Shown here one piece after another: positions 27,241-36,100 of a stretch of DNA of 64,000 nucleotides (position 1 is its first letter; every line of letters starts with the position of its first letter). Below the pieces are notes generated by a model. The model made no database searches, was not told the DNA's origin, and worked only from the letters and a program-made list of their open reading frames with translations. Position numbers and translations under genes: made by a program. Source of the DNA: a virus (lineage: Duplodnaviria > Caudoviricetes). The DNA is taken from the IMG/VR virus record IMGVR_UViG_3300042549_006197, positions 1 to 64,000 of that record; one strand, given 5' to 3'.

Positions 27241-27462
27241 TTATGATCCCTCTTCGTGATCGGTGTGGATGCGTATGACTTCCTCATCCACTTTAGGTTC
27301 TTCAAATATTTCTATGACTTCATTATAAGGAACCATAACAGCGTTTCCGTGCTCGCTTGTTATGATAAACGATTCTCCATTTTCTACTCTATCCATTAGA
27401 GAATCAAAGTCTGCCTGAAATTGTTCTACAGTAAATGATTGAAGTTCTTGATTCATTTTCAT
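27241..27462 (-). CDS. Phd/YefM antitoxin-like protein
   Basis: FTVEQFQADFDSLMDRVENGESFIITSEHGNAVMVP matches the Phd N-domain pattern; start moved out of the tRNA. Confidence 0.65.
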   Translation of the reverse strand: MKMNQELQSFTVEQFQADFDSLMDRVENGESFIITSEHGNAVMVPYNEVIEIFEEPKVDEEVIRIHTDHEEGS

Positions 27463-27475
27463 AAGTAAGTTAATA

Positions 27476-27547
27476 TCGGGGCGACAGGGCTCGAACCTGT
27501 GACCTCTGGTTCCCAAAACCAGCATTCTACCGCTGAACTACGCCCCG
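27476..27547 (-). tRNA. tRNA-Pro(TGG)
   Basis: CGGGGCG/CGCCCCG acceptor stem, CTGGT-TTTGGGA-ACCAG. Confidence 0.93.
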
Positions 27548-27663
27548 TTGTCTTTCTTTGAATGTACAGCTATAATACCAAGAATTGGAATAATTGTCAA
27601 CCCCATTCCACAAAGTCCCAACCAAATCTGACTTGCTGCTAATGCCTCTACAAGATGAAACAT
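27538..27663 (-). CDS. 41-aa membrane peptide
   Basis: MFHLVEALAASQIWLGLCGMGLTIIPILGIIAVHSKKDNGA; start overlaps the upstream stop. Confidence 0.5.
   Translation of the reverse strand: MFHLVEALAASQIWLGLCGMGLTIIPILGIIAVHSKKDNGA
27572..27600 (-). promoter_or_regulatory. Sigma70 promoter for tRNA-Pro unit
   Basis: TTGACA-17-TATTAT. Confidence 0.7.
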
Positions 27664-27857
27664 TAGTATCCCCTCCAAGTCTTGAACTCATAATAGAAGT
27701 ATTGATCCATATCACCACTCAACGGTGCGTTAACATCCTTATGAGCCCATTCCATACAAAACTCTTTTATTTTTATATCACTCATTGCACCTCTTCCCCA
27801 CATTCTCACAAATGCAGAAGCAGCAAAGTGATATCTTTGTTTAATTTGTGGTTCCAT
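27663..27857 (-). CDS. Hypothetical protein
   Basis: 64-aa ORF in a tightly packed run. Confidence 0.7.
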   Translation of the reverse strand: MEPQIKQRYHFAASAFVRMWGRGAMSDIKIKEFCMEWAHKDVNAPLSGDMDQYFYYEFKTWRGY

Positions 27858-27861
27858 TTAA

Positions 27862-28041
27862 TTACTTGTCTTTTAATAGTTCTTCTACTCTTTTACGCAT
27901 GTTGGTACTATCTTGATTGAGATAGTCCCTCAAAGAATACCCACGATGACCTCGTAGGATACATGTTCCTTGATAGAACATCGTGGAAGCAAAAACTAAT
28001 AACAGTATACAACCAATTAGTTCAATGTGATTTTGAGCCAT
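27862..28041 (-). CDS. 59-aa single-TM hypothetical protein
   Basis: Manual translation MAQNHIELIGCILLLVFASTMFYQG... Confidence 0.6.
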   Translation of the reverse strand: MAQNHIELIGCILLLVFASTMFYQGTCILRGHRGYSLRDYLNQDSTNMRKRVEELLKDK

Positions 28042-28220
28042 GGCAGTAATGGTGGAATGACACCTATGAGTCTGAGGAGACCTTCAGCAAATAAAGCAAG
28101 AACGACCCAACCGACACACATAGAAATAATTGCGGCATTGCGGTTGTGCTGACGAATTGCATTATCGATCATCTCCTGTACTTCAGACCGACTTACAAGT
28201 TCATCTTGTTCTTGAATCAT
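28017..28220 (-). CDS. Membrane hypothetical protein
   Basis: HNRNAAIISM..G hydrophobic C-half. Confidence 0.7.
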   Translation of the reverse strand: MIQEQDELVSRSEVQEMIDNAIRQHNRNAAIISMCVGWVVLALFAEGLLRLIGVIPPLLPWLKITLN

Positions 28221-28366
28221 TTTTCATCTCCAAGAAATTTTGCTAAGGGATCTCTTCTGGTTTTTACAATTTCAACTGCTCTTTTATAGAACATATTATC
28301 CGTATTACCAGAAGATTCAAAGGTTTCTTTGATCTTCACCCAATTATCATAGGTGTGTTGATCCAT
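28217..28366 (-). CDS. 49-aa hypothetical protein
   Basis: MDQHTYDNWVKIKETFESSGNTDNMFYKRA...; ATGA overlap with the next gene. Confidence 0.7.
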   Translation of the reverse strand: MDQHTYDNWVKIKETFESSGNTDNMFYKRAVEIVKTRRDPLAKFLGDEK

Positions 28367-28461
28367 GAGTTTGTAGTGATAATACTACTATATACTAATC
28401 ACTACAGTTCAAAAGTCAACCATTGTGTTCATTATGTAACACTGTTTAAGAAATTATTAAA

Positions 28462-29634
28462 TCACCAGAAATTTATATAGGTATCCTTAAACTCCATTTT
28501 TTGTCCCATCATACCAGCATGAACTTGAAGATAGTCTTCATATCCAAAACATCCAATGTTGAAATATTCATTTGAAGAGAATTTTCTATCGTGTTGAAGA
28601 GCATCTTCATAATATTCTTTATTTGTATTATATGAAATATTCAACAAATCATTTGCCCTTTCTTTAACATCAACCCAAAACGAAGTTTCATGTTTTGACC
28701 CATAGCTATAATGCCATGCTAAAGACAATTGATAATCAAACATGTCTTTGTAGTATTTTTGATTATATTTTATATAATTTTCGTGTTTTTTATCTTCAAC
28801 AAATTGACAAATATGGGCGGCAAATCGTTTGTAATAGTATAATGATAGGGCTTGTAATGGTTCCAAAAACATTAATCTATTTCCATTATAAGAACAAAAA
28901 CGATTTTGAATCATTTTTTTGCAATATTTTGGTTCCCAAGATATATGTTTTACATCTTCACATCCAATACTTTTTCTTGCATCTTCAATACTTGTAAATT
29001 TTGAATTAAAAAGATATCCGTGTTTGATTAAGTTTTTATCTGGAAATGGAAGACCAAATTGCCAACCATGTTCTGTTGATAAATGATGTGTGTATGGTTG
29101 ACTATTAGAGCACTCTTTAGAGTAAACAAATGCATTGTTCACCGTTTCAAAAATTGGTTTTCTATATTCATCTCCCCTATCCCATCCAGAACAACAAATT
29201 AAGTGATCATACGGAATATCATTAATGATTACTTTTTCTGCATCCAAATCCACATCATATTTTTCAATTTTAAACGCATGGTATTTAACGCCACGATTTT
29301 CTAAAATATCATGAATAAATTTATTGAATATTCCACTTTCAAAATGAAAAGCAATCGCATTGGAATTAAAATAATGTCGGAAAGTATTTCCTATTCCCCA
29401 TCCGTCAAATAATATACCATTTTTAAGTGAAACAATATTTTCATCTATTAAATCGCCTATTGAGATATTTAATGTTTCTTTAATTATTCCTGCAATATGT
29501 GGAGTTGTAGATTCTCCAACATTCAAATGCGGTTTACTTGGATCATAGTATATCTCAACTTTATGTCCACGTCCAATACATGTAAGTGCAGTTATAATAG
29601 CAGACGTACCTTTTCCTAAAATTGCTATTTTCAT
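28462..29634 (-). CDS. Flavin-dependent tryptophan-halogenase-like protein
   Basis: ILGKGTSA FAD motif, VGEST, HGWQFGLP, FLEPLQA. Confidence 0.8.
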   Translation of the reverse strand: MKIAILGKGTSAIITALTCIGRGHKVEIYYDPSKPHLNVGESTTPHIAGIIKETLNISIGDLIDENIVSLKNGILFDGWGIGNTFRHYFNSNAIAFHFESGIFNKFIHDILENRGVKYHAFKIEKYDVDLDAEKVIINDIPYDHLICCSGWDRGDEYRKPIFETVNNAFVYSKECSNSQPYTHHLSTEHGWQFGLPFPDKNLIKHGYLFNSKFTSIEDARKSIGCEDVKHISWEPKYCKKMIQNRFCSYNGNRLMFLEPLQALSLYYYKRFAAHICQFVEDKKHENYIKYNQKYYKDMFDYQLSLAWHYSYGSKHETSFWVDVKERANDLLNISYNTNKEYYEDALQHDRKFSSNEYFNIGCFGYEDYLQVHAGMMGQKMEFKDTYINFW

Positions 29635-29651
29635 TTGACACTACTTATAAA

Positions 29652-29736
29652 CGGAAGGGGTGGGATTCGAACCCACGGATGCTTTCACATCGCTAGTTTT
29701 CAAGACTAGAGCCTTCAACCACTCGACCACCCTTCC
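29652..29736 (-). tRNA. tRNA-Ser(TGA)
   Basis: Long variable arm; CTAGT-CTTGAAA-ACTAG. Confidence 0.95.
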
Positions 29737-29741
29737 AATAT

Positions 29742-29990
29742 TTAACGAATGTCAAATTCGAGTTTACGAACTTTACGCTGTCTCCTTGCCTCCTGAAAGG
29801 CAAGGTCTTGGGATGAAAGAATACCAGATTGTTTTTTCTGGTTATGCGATTCTACCACAACTATTTGAGATAAGTCAATCGCAGAGATCTTGTCCTCTTT
29901 CACTGACATCTGATTTGGGCAACCGCAAACCTGTAGTTTGGATGTACCAATCAATTCTTTGTTGCAGCATTTGCATCTGACTACTAACAT
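29742..29990 (-). CDS. Small Cys-rich (zinc-binding) protein
   Basis: CKCC...CGCPN. Confidence 0.75.
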   Translation of the reverse strand: MLVVRCKCCNKELIGTSKLQVCGCPNQMSVKEDKISAIDLSQIVVVESHNQKKQSGILSSQDLAFQEARRQRKVRKLEFDIR

Positions 29991-30090
29991 GATCCAATTT
30001 ACCTTTAATCTCTTCTAATTCTTCGTGAATATCTTGATGATGAAACCTCAAGGGTCCCTGAATAAGTTTACTAATAGTTTTCTTTTTCAT
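29875..30090 (-). CDS. Hypothetical protein
   Basis: ATGA overlap with the Dps stop; long overlap with the next gene lowers confidence. Confidence 0.45.
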   Translation of the reverse strand: MKKKTISKLIQGPLRFHHQDIHEELEEIKGKLDHVSSQMQMLQQRIDWYIQTTGLRLPKSDVSERGQDLCD

Positions 30091-30524
30091 TCTTTTAAAA
30101 AGGAACGTAACATCCAAACATTTTTACCATGTGCTTCCATTAAATCTTGAACTAGATTTGCTGTAGCATATTGTCTTTGTTTTTCCGACTCTTCTGAAAT
30201 TTTAGCACACATTTCACAAAATGTCTTGTTATCAGCAAGCAATTGACTGACCATCGATTCTGCAGTTGATGAAGTTTTTGCCTCAGGAATTTCCGAAGTT
30301 TCAACAACCATACTAATTGGACCTATGGCTTTCATGCGAAGATATCGCATGTGTTCTGTAAGGCGATCAATTTCACTAAACATTGTTTCATATTGATTGC
30401 CAAACAGTTTATGCAATTGTGGAAAATCAGATCCCACTACATTCCAATGATAAACCCAGGTTTTCTGAAATAAACAGAAAAGACTTGTTTGTGCTTTATG
30501 AAGAAGTTCGTATAACTCGTCCAT
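30087..30524 (-). CDS. dps: Dps / ferritin-like protein
   Basis: HWNVVG.DF..LH..F..QY...D..E, WML; TATAAATA at 30538-30545. Confidence 0.88.
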   Translation of the reverse strand: MDELYELLHKAQTSLFCLFQKTWVYHWNVVGSDFPQLHKLFGNQYETMFSEIDRLTEHMRYLRMKAIGPISMVVETSEIPEAKTSSTAESMVSQLLADNKTFCEMCAKISEESEKQRQYATANLVQDLMEAHGKNVWMLRSFLKE

Positions 30525-30547
30525 TATCTTTTTGAAGTATTTATAAG

Positions 30548-30619
30548 TGGGCGAAGAGGGGATCGAACCCCCGACAGCTTGCTTGTAAGGCAAGAGCTCT
30601 ACCGCTGAGCTATTCGCCC
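30548..30619 (-). tRNA. tRNA-Val(TAC)
   Basis: CTTGC-CTTACAA-GCAAG; complete cloverleaf. Confidence 0.95.
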
Positions 30620-30623
30620 TAGG

Positions 30624-30696
30624 CTCCCCCACCTGGACTCGAACCAGGAACCCCAGTGTTAACAGCACCGTGCTCTGCCAATTGAGCTATAGAGGA
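30624..30696 (-). tRNA. tRNA-Asn(GTT)
   Basis: CGGTG-CTGTTAA-CACTG; complete cloverleaf. Confidence 0.93.
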
Positions 30697-30716
30697 ATAA
30701 GAACCCGAAGGTTCAG

Positions 30717-30788
30717 AGCGGATGACCCGATTCGAACGGGCGACGAACTGCTTGGAAGGCAGCCATTCTACCACTGAATTACATCCGC
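30717..30788 (-). tRNA. tRNA-Gly(TCC)
   Basis: GCGGATG/CATCCGC acceptor stem; loop CTTCCAA. Confidence 0.95.
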
Positions 30789-30796
30789 ATGAGACA

Positions 30797-30825
30797 ATTA
30801 TAGAGTAATTGAGTATAATTGTCAA
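30797..30825 (-). promoter_or_regulatory. Consensus sigma70 promoter for tRNA-Gly/Asn/Val
   Basis: TTGACA-17-TATAAT, perfect match. Confidence 0.9.
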
Positions 30826-30899
30826 CAGGTCCAGCAGGACTCGAACCTGCGACACACAGCTTAGAAGGCTGTTGTTCTATCCATCTGAACTATGGACCC
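30826..30899 (-). tRNA. tRNA-Arg(TCT)
   Basis: ACAGC-CTTCTAA-GCTGT; complete cloverleaf. Confidence 0.95.
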
Positions 30900-30918
30900 T
30901 AACGACTTTCTTATTATA

Positions 30919-31332
30919 CTAGTCCTTGGGGCAGTCGTCAACCCATATAGAACAGATTCTCATTGGTGGTGCAAGTGCTTTACATTCATCAGTGTAGCAC
31001 ACAGTCTCATCATTTTTTTCTTCCACATATTTTTGTTTATATTTACGAGTATAATCGGAAATAATCCGATCATACTCTGGCGTAACATCACGAATCGCTT
31101 TGTCTACATCTCTTTTGACTCTGCGTTCTACTTTGTCAGGATCTTGAATAAGAATCTCATTAAGAATAGTTTGTGGAAAATACTTTCTTTGAATTTCATC
31201 CAATAAGTCCCAAAGTCCATCTTCTGATGCTCCAGTGCATTGTGAGAGTGTTGCAATTATACTTGATAATACTACACTAAGTATAAGTAATTGTTTTTTA
31301 TCTGGTTTCTTTTTACCAAAATTGAAGTTCAT
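30919..31332 (-). CDS. Membrane-anchored hypothetical protein
   Basis: N-terminal TM followed by Cys; C-terminal Cys cluster. Confidence 0.75.
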   Translation of the reverse strand: MNFNFGKKKPDKKQLLILSVVLSSIIATLSQCTGASEDGLWDLLDEIQRKYFPQTILNEILIQDPDKVERRVKRDVDKAIRDVTPEYDRIISDYTRKYKQKYVEEKNDETVCYTDECKALAPPMRICSIWVDDCPKD

Positions 31333-31498
31333 CTTCTAGACCTTCAAGATAAATTTTTAGAGCTTTTTCTAATTCTTCCTCAGTTAAATTTGGCTCATAA
31401 TGTAAGTATGTATCAAGAGTAATTTTACAACGAGTCTTAAGTTGATTATCACTCGACCAACTTAAAAGTTTTGATACAACCTTTGCTGAGATTGACAT
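31313..31498 (-). CDS. Hypothetical protein
   Basis: 61-aa ORF overlapping the next start. Confidence 0.6.
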   Translation of the reverse strand: MSISAKVVSKLLSWSSDNQLKTRCKITLDTYLHYEPNLTEEELEKALKIYLEGLEDELQFW

Positions 31499-31518
31499 AT
31501 AGAAAATTCAATCCAATG

Positions 31519-33228
31519 CTATTTATTTGGAACGTAAACTATCTGATTAATTTCGGGAAGATACAAATATTCCAATTCAGATCTTCTTAGAGTGTTCAAA
31601 GCATCATCAATAGTTTCTACTATTGGATCTCCAGCAAGATTAAAAGATGTATTAAACAAAATTGGAACACTAGTTTTTTTATAAAAGTCTTTAATCAAAT
31701 TATAGTAATGAAAATTTTGTTCTTCAGTTACAGTTTGAATTCTACATGTATTATCAACATGAATCACCGAAGGAATAATGTCTTTTACTCCAGGCAATGC
31801 ATCAAAAGAATACATCATATGTGGAGATTCCTCAATCAAAGACATATCAAACCATTTATGAGATTCTTCTAATAATACTGAACACGCAAAAGGTCTGAAA
31901 GGTTCTCTTCTCTTAACTCGATTCACAATATCTTTTCCATTTTTAATTCTCGGATCAAAAAGAATACTTCTATTACCAAGTGCTCTAGGACCAGCTTCAG
32001 ATTTTCCCTGAAAAATGGATACTATATTTCCACCAATTAACAAATCTGTCACATCAGAATAACTTGCATTTTCAATTAAATTTTCATTAATTTCAATTTT
32101 AAAATTGTAATCGGAGAAATTTCCACACAAATATAAATGATCCGGAACAATTAATTTTTTATGATCATTATGAATGGAATGTAATTGACATACGCCAATA
32201 CTATTTCCCTCATCTCCACACAAAGGATCTACATATAAATTAATTTCTTTTGAAAGATTTTTTTTAATAAAACTATTTGCAACAATATTTAAAGTTACTC
32301 CTCCAGTAAGTATTAAATTTTTGCATGAATGTTTTTTTAGTATTTTTTGAATATAATTGAGTTCTATTTTTTCTAAAGATTTTTGAGTTTCATAAGAAAA
32401 ATCTAACAACATTTCTTCATTTTCTTCAATATTTGTTTCCAAAAAATTAAATTCTTCTACATTTATTTTTTTACCACAAAACAAATCTGGTTTAAATGAA
32501 CCCCCATCACAAATTAAATTTGATAGAAATTTATTTTCTTTTCCGTAAGAATGTAATCCCATTAATTTGCCACAATCTTCCTCATCATATCCAAAATGTT
32601 CAGCAACATGACTATAATAATGCCCAATATCATGGATTGTCCCGTTTATTTCGGGTTTAAAATCCGATTCTATTTTATAAGCTAAAATGGCATTATTTGC
32701 AACGTATTCTGTAAAAAATATTATTTTTAAATTCTTTAAGTCTGATTCAATTTTAGATTGGGGACGATATACTTTTTTATTCAGCAATTTAAAACCTTCT
32801 TCGTAAGATGCATGAAAAACAGATGTTGTTTCATATGCATTTGTCCCATCACTCAAATTATAATTTGATCCTCTTCCATCCCAAACAATAATTAATGCTT
32901 CCTCAAAATTGGAGGAAGAAAATGCTTTAGATGCATGACATAAATGATGTGGTTTATGATATCCGTAATAATCTTTTACATTAAATCCAAGATAACGAGC
33001 GACACTATCTACAGCATAATAGGTGTCATTGTTGTGATTGTAATCAGTTATAAGCAACAAATCTATTTCTGTCGTTATTTTTTTTATTTCTTGCAAACAA
33101 TTTACAGGAATTCCCCCACATTTTTTTCTTTTAGATAATCTTTCTTCTTGATTGAAATATATTAAACTTCCATTATCAAAAAGACACGCAGAACTTAAGT
33201 GACCAATATTAACACCAAGTATTTTCAT
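31519..33228 (-). CDS. Carbamoyltransferase (NodU/CmcH family)
   Basis: EERLSKRK, HHLCHA, DGRG, GKLMGL, EAGPRALGNRS, KRREPFRPFA, NTSFN. Confidence 0.92.
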   Translation of the reverse strand: MKILGVNIGHLSSACLFDNGSLIYFNQEERLSKRKKCGGIPVNCLQEIKKITTEIDLLLITDYNHNNDTYYAVDSVARYLGFNVKDYYGYHKPHHLCHASKAFSSSNFEEALIIVWDGRGSNYNLSDGTNAYETTSVFHASYEEGFKLLNKKVYRPQSKIESDLKNLKIIFFTEYVANNAILAYKIESDFKPEINGTIHDIGHYYSHVAEHFGYDEEDCGKLMGLHSYGKENKFLSNLICDGGSFKPDLFCGKKINVEEFNFLETNIEENEEMLLDFSYETQKSLEKIELNYIQKILKKHSCKNLILTGGVTLNIVANSFIKKNLSKEINLYVDPLCGDEGNSIGVCQLHSIHNDHKKLIVPDHLYLCGNFSDYNFKIEINENLIENASYSDVTDLLIGGNIVSIFQGKSEAGPRALGNRSILFDPRIKNGKDIVNRVKRREPFRPFACSVLLEESHKWFDMSLIEESPHMMYSFDALPGVKDIIPSVIHVDNTCRIQTVTEEQNFHYYNLIKDFYKKTSVPILFNTSFNLAGDPIVETIDDALNTLRRSELEYLYLPEINQIVYVPNK

Positions 33229-33284
33229 AGTAATAACGTATATTCATGGGGAGAATTAATCTCCCCAATATTTATTCTATTGTA

Positions 33285-33920
33285 TCAAACTTCTACCGTG
33301 ATCAGTCGAGACACATAATCATGTGCATAATCTGTTCGGGCACCATGATGACCCCAACCAATCCAACTATACGCATAGTCCATGTAGCGATGAATTGATT
33401 TCCCAGGAGTTTTCATCTTCTCCTCAATTCTTTGCCACTGAACTTCATTTGTTAGATAACGAAGTTGCGTGTGAAGTGATGATGGAGAACCACCATACTT
33501 CTTAGCAAAATCACCCAATCCATAATATCTGTTGGCAGATGTCCATTGAATCAGTCCGTAACCGCGGCCGCAGTTACTCCAACTGGTTCTGCTACCTCCT
33601 TCACAAATGTTAGGAACAAAAGTTGATTCCTGACGAATATTACCCATGATGGTAGCAAGGGCGTTTCTGTCTTTAATACCACGATCCTGGAAGTATGCCA
33701 GGGTAGCATTTTCATTTTCATTACACGCTTTACAAATTAGCCTTTTTTCTTTTGGTTTTTCAGGCGGAGCAACCTCCTTGGTCGCTGTCAGTGTTTCAAA
33801 CTCCTTAATGATTGAAAATGGCACTGGAGGTGCCGTCAGAGGAGGAAACAGGGGCAGTGTTGCCACATTGGTTGTAACCGTTGCCAGAAGGGGCAGGGCT
33901 ACAGTAAAGAATTGTTGCAC
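33285..33920 (-). CDS. Phage tail-type lysozyme domain protein with N-terminal hydrophobic segment
   Basis: ALATIMGNIRQES, GYGLIQWT; GTG start inferred. Confidence 0.75.
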   Translation of the reverse strand: MQQFFTVALPLLATVTTNVATLPLFPPLTAPPVPFSIIKEFETLTATKEVAPPEKPKEKRLICKACNENENATLAYFQDRGIKDRNALATIMGNIRQESTFVPNICEGGSRTSWSNCGRGYGLIQWTSANRYYGLGDFAKKYGGSPSSLHTQLRYLTNEVQWQRIEEKMKTPGKSIHRYMDYAYSWIGWGHHGARTDYAHDYVSRLITVEV

Positions 33921-33931
33921 TAGGTTAAATT

Positions 33932-33995
33932 GAACTCTACATCCCAATAGAGAAAGCACACTTCCCCCATCTCTGGGGGCAATCTCCTGGGCTCT
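33932..33995 (-). promoter_or_regulatory. Structured 5' leader of the lysozyme-like gene
   Basis: Nested helices GAGC/GTTC, CCCA/TGGG, GAGA/TCTC, CCCC/GGGG. Confidence 0.55.
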
Positions 33996-34020
33996 AATTG
34001 TCACATCAATGACTCATAAT

Positions 34021-34082
34021 AAAAAACCCACTCTTTAGAAGTGGGTTTTGTGCATTATAAGTGATTATTTATTATTTGTCAA
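34021..34082 (-). promoter_or_regulatory. Sigma70 promoter immediately followed by terminator-like hairpin
   Basis: TTGACA-17-TATAAT (34082-34054), then AAAACCCACT-TCTAAAG-AGTGGGTTTTTT. Confidence 0.7.
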
Positions 34083-34296
34083 GAATGTCAATCTCTTGAT
34101 CTCCAAATCCAGGGGGTCTCTCAAGTACAAGACACTGCAGGTAGTTAGGACCTTCTGGAGGATGAATCCATTCATCAAATTCTTCCGCAATTGCAACCGC
34201 ATCAAACTGACTTTTCAGATCTCCTTCTGCAAGTTCATGGATACGATCAATACTCCATTGGCGAGCATACTTAACTGGTTCAATCGTCTTTTCCAT
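34072..34296 (-). CDS. Hypothetical protein
   Basis: Start moved to MEKTIEPV. Confidence 0.65.
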   Translation of the reverse strand: MEKTIEPVKYARQWSIDRIHELAEGDLKSQFDAVAIAEEFDEWIHPPEGPNYLQCLVLERPPGFGDQEIDILDK

Positions 34297-34723
34297 AGTA
34301 ATCTTTTCGGAAGTACCTGCTGAGGATGTTGCTATTGTACCACGCTGGGCTTCCATCGTCAAACGATTCTGTGAGTACATTGTTTGCAAATAACTGGCGG
34401 GTTTCTTCGAAGTTTGTTTTGCCGCCTGTTTTATGTACTGATAACATAGTTCGACTAAAATTTTCTCTGCCAAACTTGATAACGTCTTCTTTAAGTTCCG
34501 GACAAGACCCATAATACTTTTTCCAATCAGATTCAGATTTTACTTTTCGACTTTTACCCTTTGGTTTTCGAAATGACCAGAAGTATTTTCTTCCAATATA
34601 TTTTCTACCGTTTAATTTGTTTTCAATCAAATAAACGAATCCAAAGTTGTCTCCAATATTGTCGGAAAGAAACACTTGCCCATTATAGTACCATGGGTTC
34701 TCATAGTCAATATCGGTACTCAT
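34280..34723 (-). CDS. GIY-YIG endonuclease-like protein
   Basis: GFVYLIEN..NGRKYIGRK, YYGS, E, YN. Confidence 0.82.
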   Translation of the reverse strand: MSTDIDYENPWYYNGQVFLSDNIGDNFGFVYLIENKLNGRKYIGRKYFWSFRKPKGKSRKVKSESDWKKYYGSCPELKEDVIKFGRENFSRTMLSVHKTGGKTNFEETRQLFANNVLTESFDDGSPAWYNSNILSRYFRKDYYGKDD

Positions 34724-34868
34724 CAATAAAATTAATGACTTGATTCAGATATTTATGGGCAAGGCCTTTCATATCCATATCATGCCTTACATGTTCATTA
34801 TAAAGATTATCTTTTAATTCCAACACACGAGTTTTGATTTCTTCTTTACTAATTAGATTTCTAGGCAT
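34707..34868 (-). CDS. 53-aa hypothetical protein
   Basis: Manual translation MPRNLISKEEIKTRVLELK...AHKYLNQV..IDEYRY. Confidence 0.6.
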   Translation of the reverse strand: MPRNLISKEEIKTRVLELKDNLYNEHVRHDMDMKGLAHKYLNQVINFIDEYRY

Positions 34869-34894
34869 AAAAAAAGAGGAGACTATTGCTCCTC
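34869..34894 (-). terminator. Terminator after nrdB
   Basis: AGAGGAGGC-AATA-GTCTCCTC-T run. Confidence 0.75.
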
Positions 34895-34918
34895 TATGTA
34901 TATTGTTTTATTTAAATA

Positions 34919-36100
34919 TTACAATTTAAAACCACTAAATGCATCTTTCTTCATATCTTGTTTGATTCCACCTACCACATACGATTCTACCTCCGTTTCC
35001 TGGGGAGCTACCTGAAGTCCTTTAGAAGAAATCCAGTGCTGAGTCCATGGAAGTGGATTATTGTTTGCAGGAATATCATATTGTGGTTTAAGTCCAATCG
35101 CTTTTAATCGACGATTTGCAACCCATTCTACGTACTGTTGAAGAAGTTTATCGTTAAGTCCGATCATGCTTCCATCTTTGAACAGATAGTCTGCCCAACG
35201 CTTTTCTTCATTTACTGCACGATCAAACATTGCATAAACCCATTCCTCTTCTTCTTTTGCAATTTGCTTCATTTCTGGATCATCACCATCACGCCACTTG
35301 TTTAAAATATTTTGCGTGATTGCTAGGTGTTGGTTTTCGTCTCTTGCGATAAGAGAGATGATCTTAGCGGATCCTTCCATAAGCTTAAGTTCACCAAAGG
35401 CGAAACTACAAGCAAAACTAACGTAGAACCGAATACCTTCAAGAATGTTAACGTTTGCGACTGCTCTGTACAATTTTCGTTTAACATCGTTGAGTGTTTC
35501 CTTAGCGTATGAAACTCCTTCAAGATTATGCATCCAAGCATTAGATGCGCCATAACTCTGAGCGGAGTTTATGAAATCATCATATGATTCCGTGACACTC
35601 GAAGATCTTTCCAAGATACGTTCATCGGTAATAATCGTATCAAATACTTCAGATGGATCAGAATAAACATTCTTGATAATGTATGTGTATGAGCGACTAT
35701 GGATCATCTCCATAAATCCCCACACTTCCATACAAGCTTCCAATTCAGGAAGCGAGCAATAAGGCAAGAATGCCATTCCAGGTCCACGGCCCTGAACACT
35801 GTCAAGCATGATTTGATACTTCAGATTAGAAGTATAGATATGCTTTTGCTCGGGACGGAGCGTTTGATAATCTCCGCGATCTTTTTGAAGAGAAACTTCT
35901 TCTGGTCTCCAGAAGTATCCTAATTGTTGAGTTGTAAGTTTTTCAAAAATTGGATATTTGTATGAATCATATCTTTGGATTCCAAGTGGTTTTCCGAAAA
36001 ACATTGGTTGTTTTTTAGAATCAAAGTGATCAGTATTAAATACTGTCATTCCTTTGACTTGCATTTGGTTTTCCTTGGTGGATGAAATTTTAAACTGCAC
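34919..36100 (-). CDS. nrdB: Ribonucleotide reductase class Ia beta subunit (start uncertain)
   Basis: FWRPEEV, LDSVQGR, EMIHSRSY, LEGIRFYVSF, RDENQH. Confidence 0.96.
   Translation of the reverse strand: MQFKISSTKENQMQVKGMTVFNTDHFDSKKQPMFFGKPLGIQRYDSYKYPIFEKLTTQQLGYFWRPEEVSLQKDRGDYQTLRPEQKHIYTSNLKYQIMLDSVQGRGPGMAFLPYCSLPELEACMEVWGFMEMIHSRSYTYIIKNVYSDPSEVFDTIITDERILERSSSVTESYDDFINSAQSYGASNAWMHNLEGVSYAKETLNDVKRKLYRAVANVNILEGIRFYVSFACSFAFGELKLMEGSAKIISLIARDENQHLAITQNILNKWRDGDDPEMKQIAKEEEEWVYAMFDRAVNEEKRWADYLFKDGSMIGLNDKLLQQYVEWVANRRLKAIGLKPQYDIPANNNPLPWTQHWISSKGLQVAPQETEVESYVVGGIKQDMKKDAFSGFKL

Noticed and set aside
30701-30714. GAACC-TTCG-GGTTC hairpin between tRNA-Gly and tRNA-Asn as a terminator
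   Set aside because: Short stem with no proper U-tract, inside a tRNA transcript; more likely a spacer or processing hairpin
30525-30855. N-terminal extension of Dps and ORF 30619-30855
   Set aside because: They read through tRNA genes; the same applies to the ORFs at 27069, 29660 and 44507 and the extension of 27241
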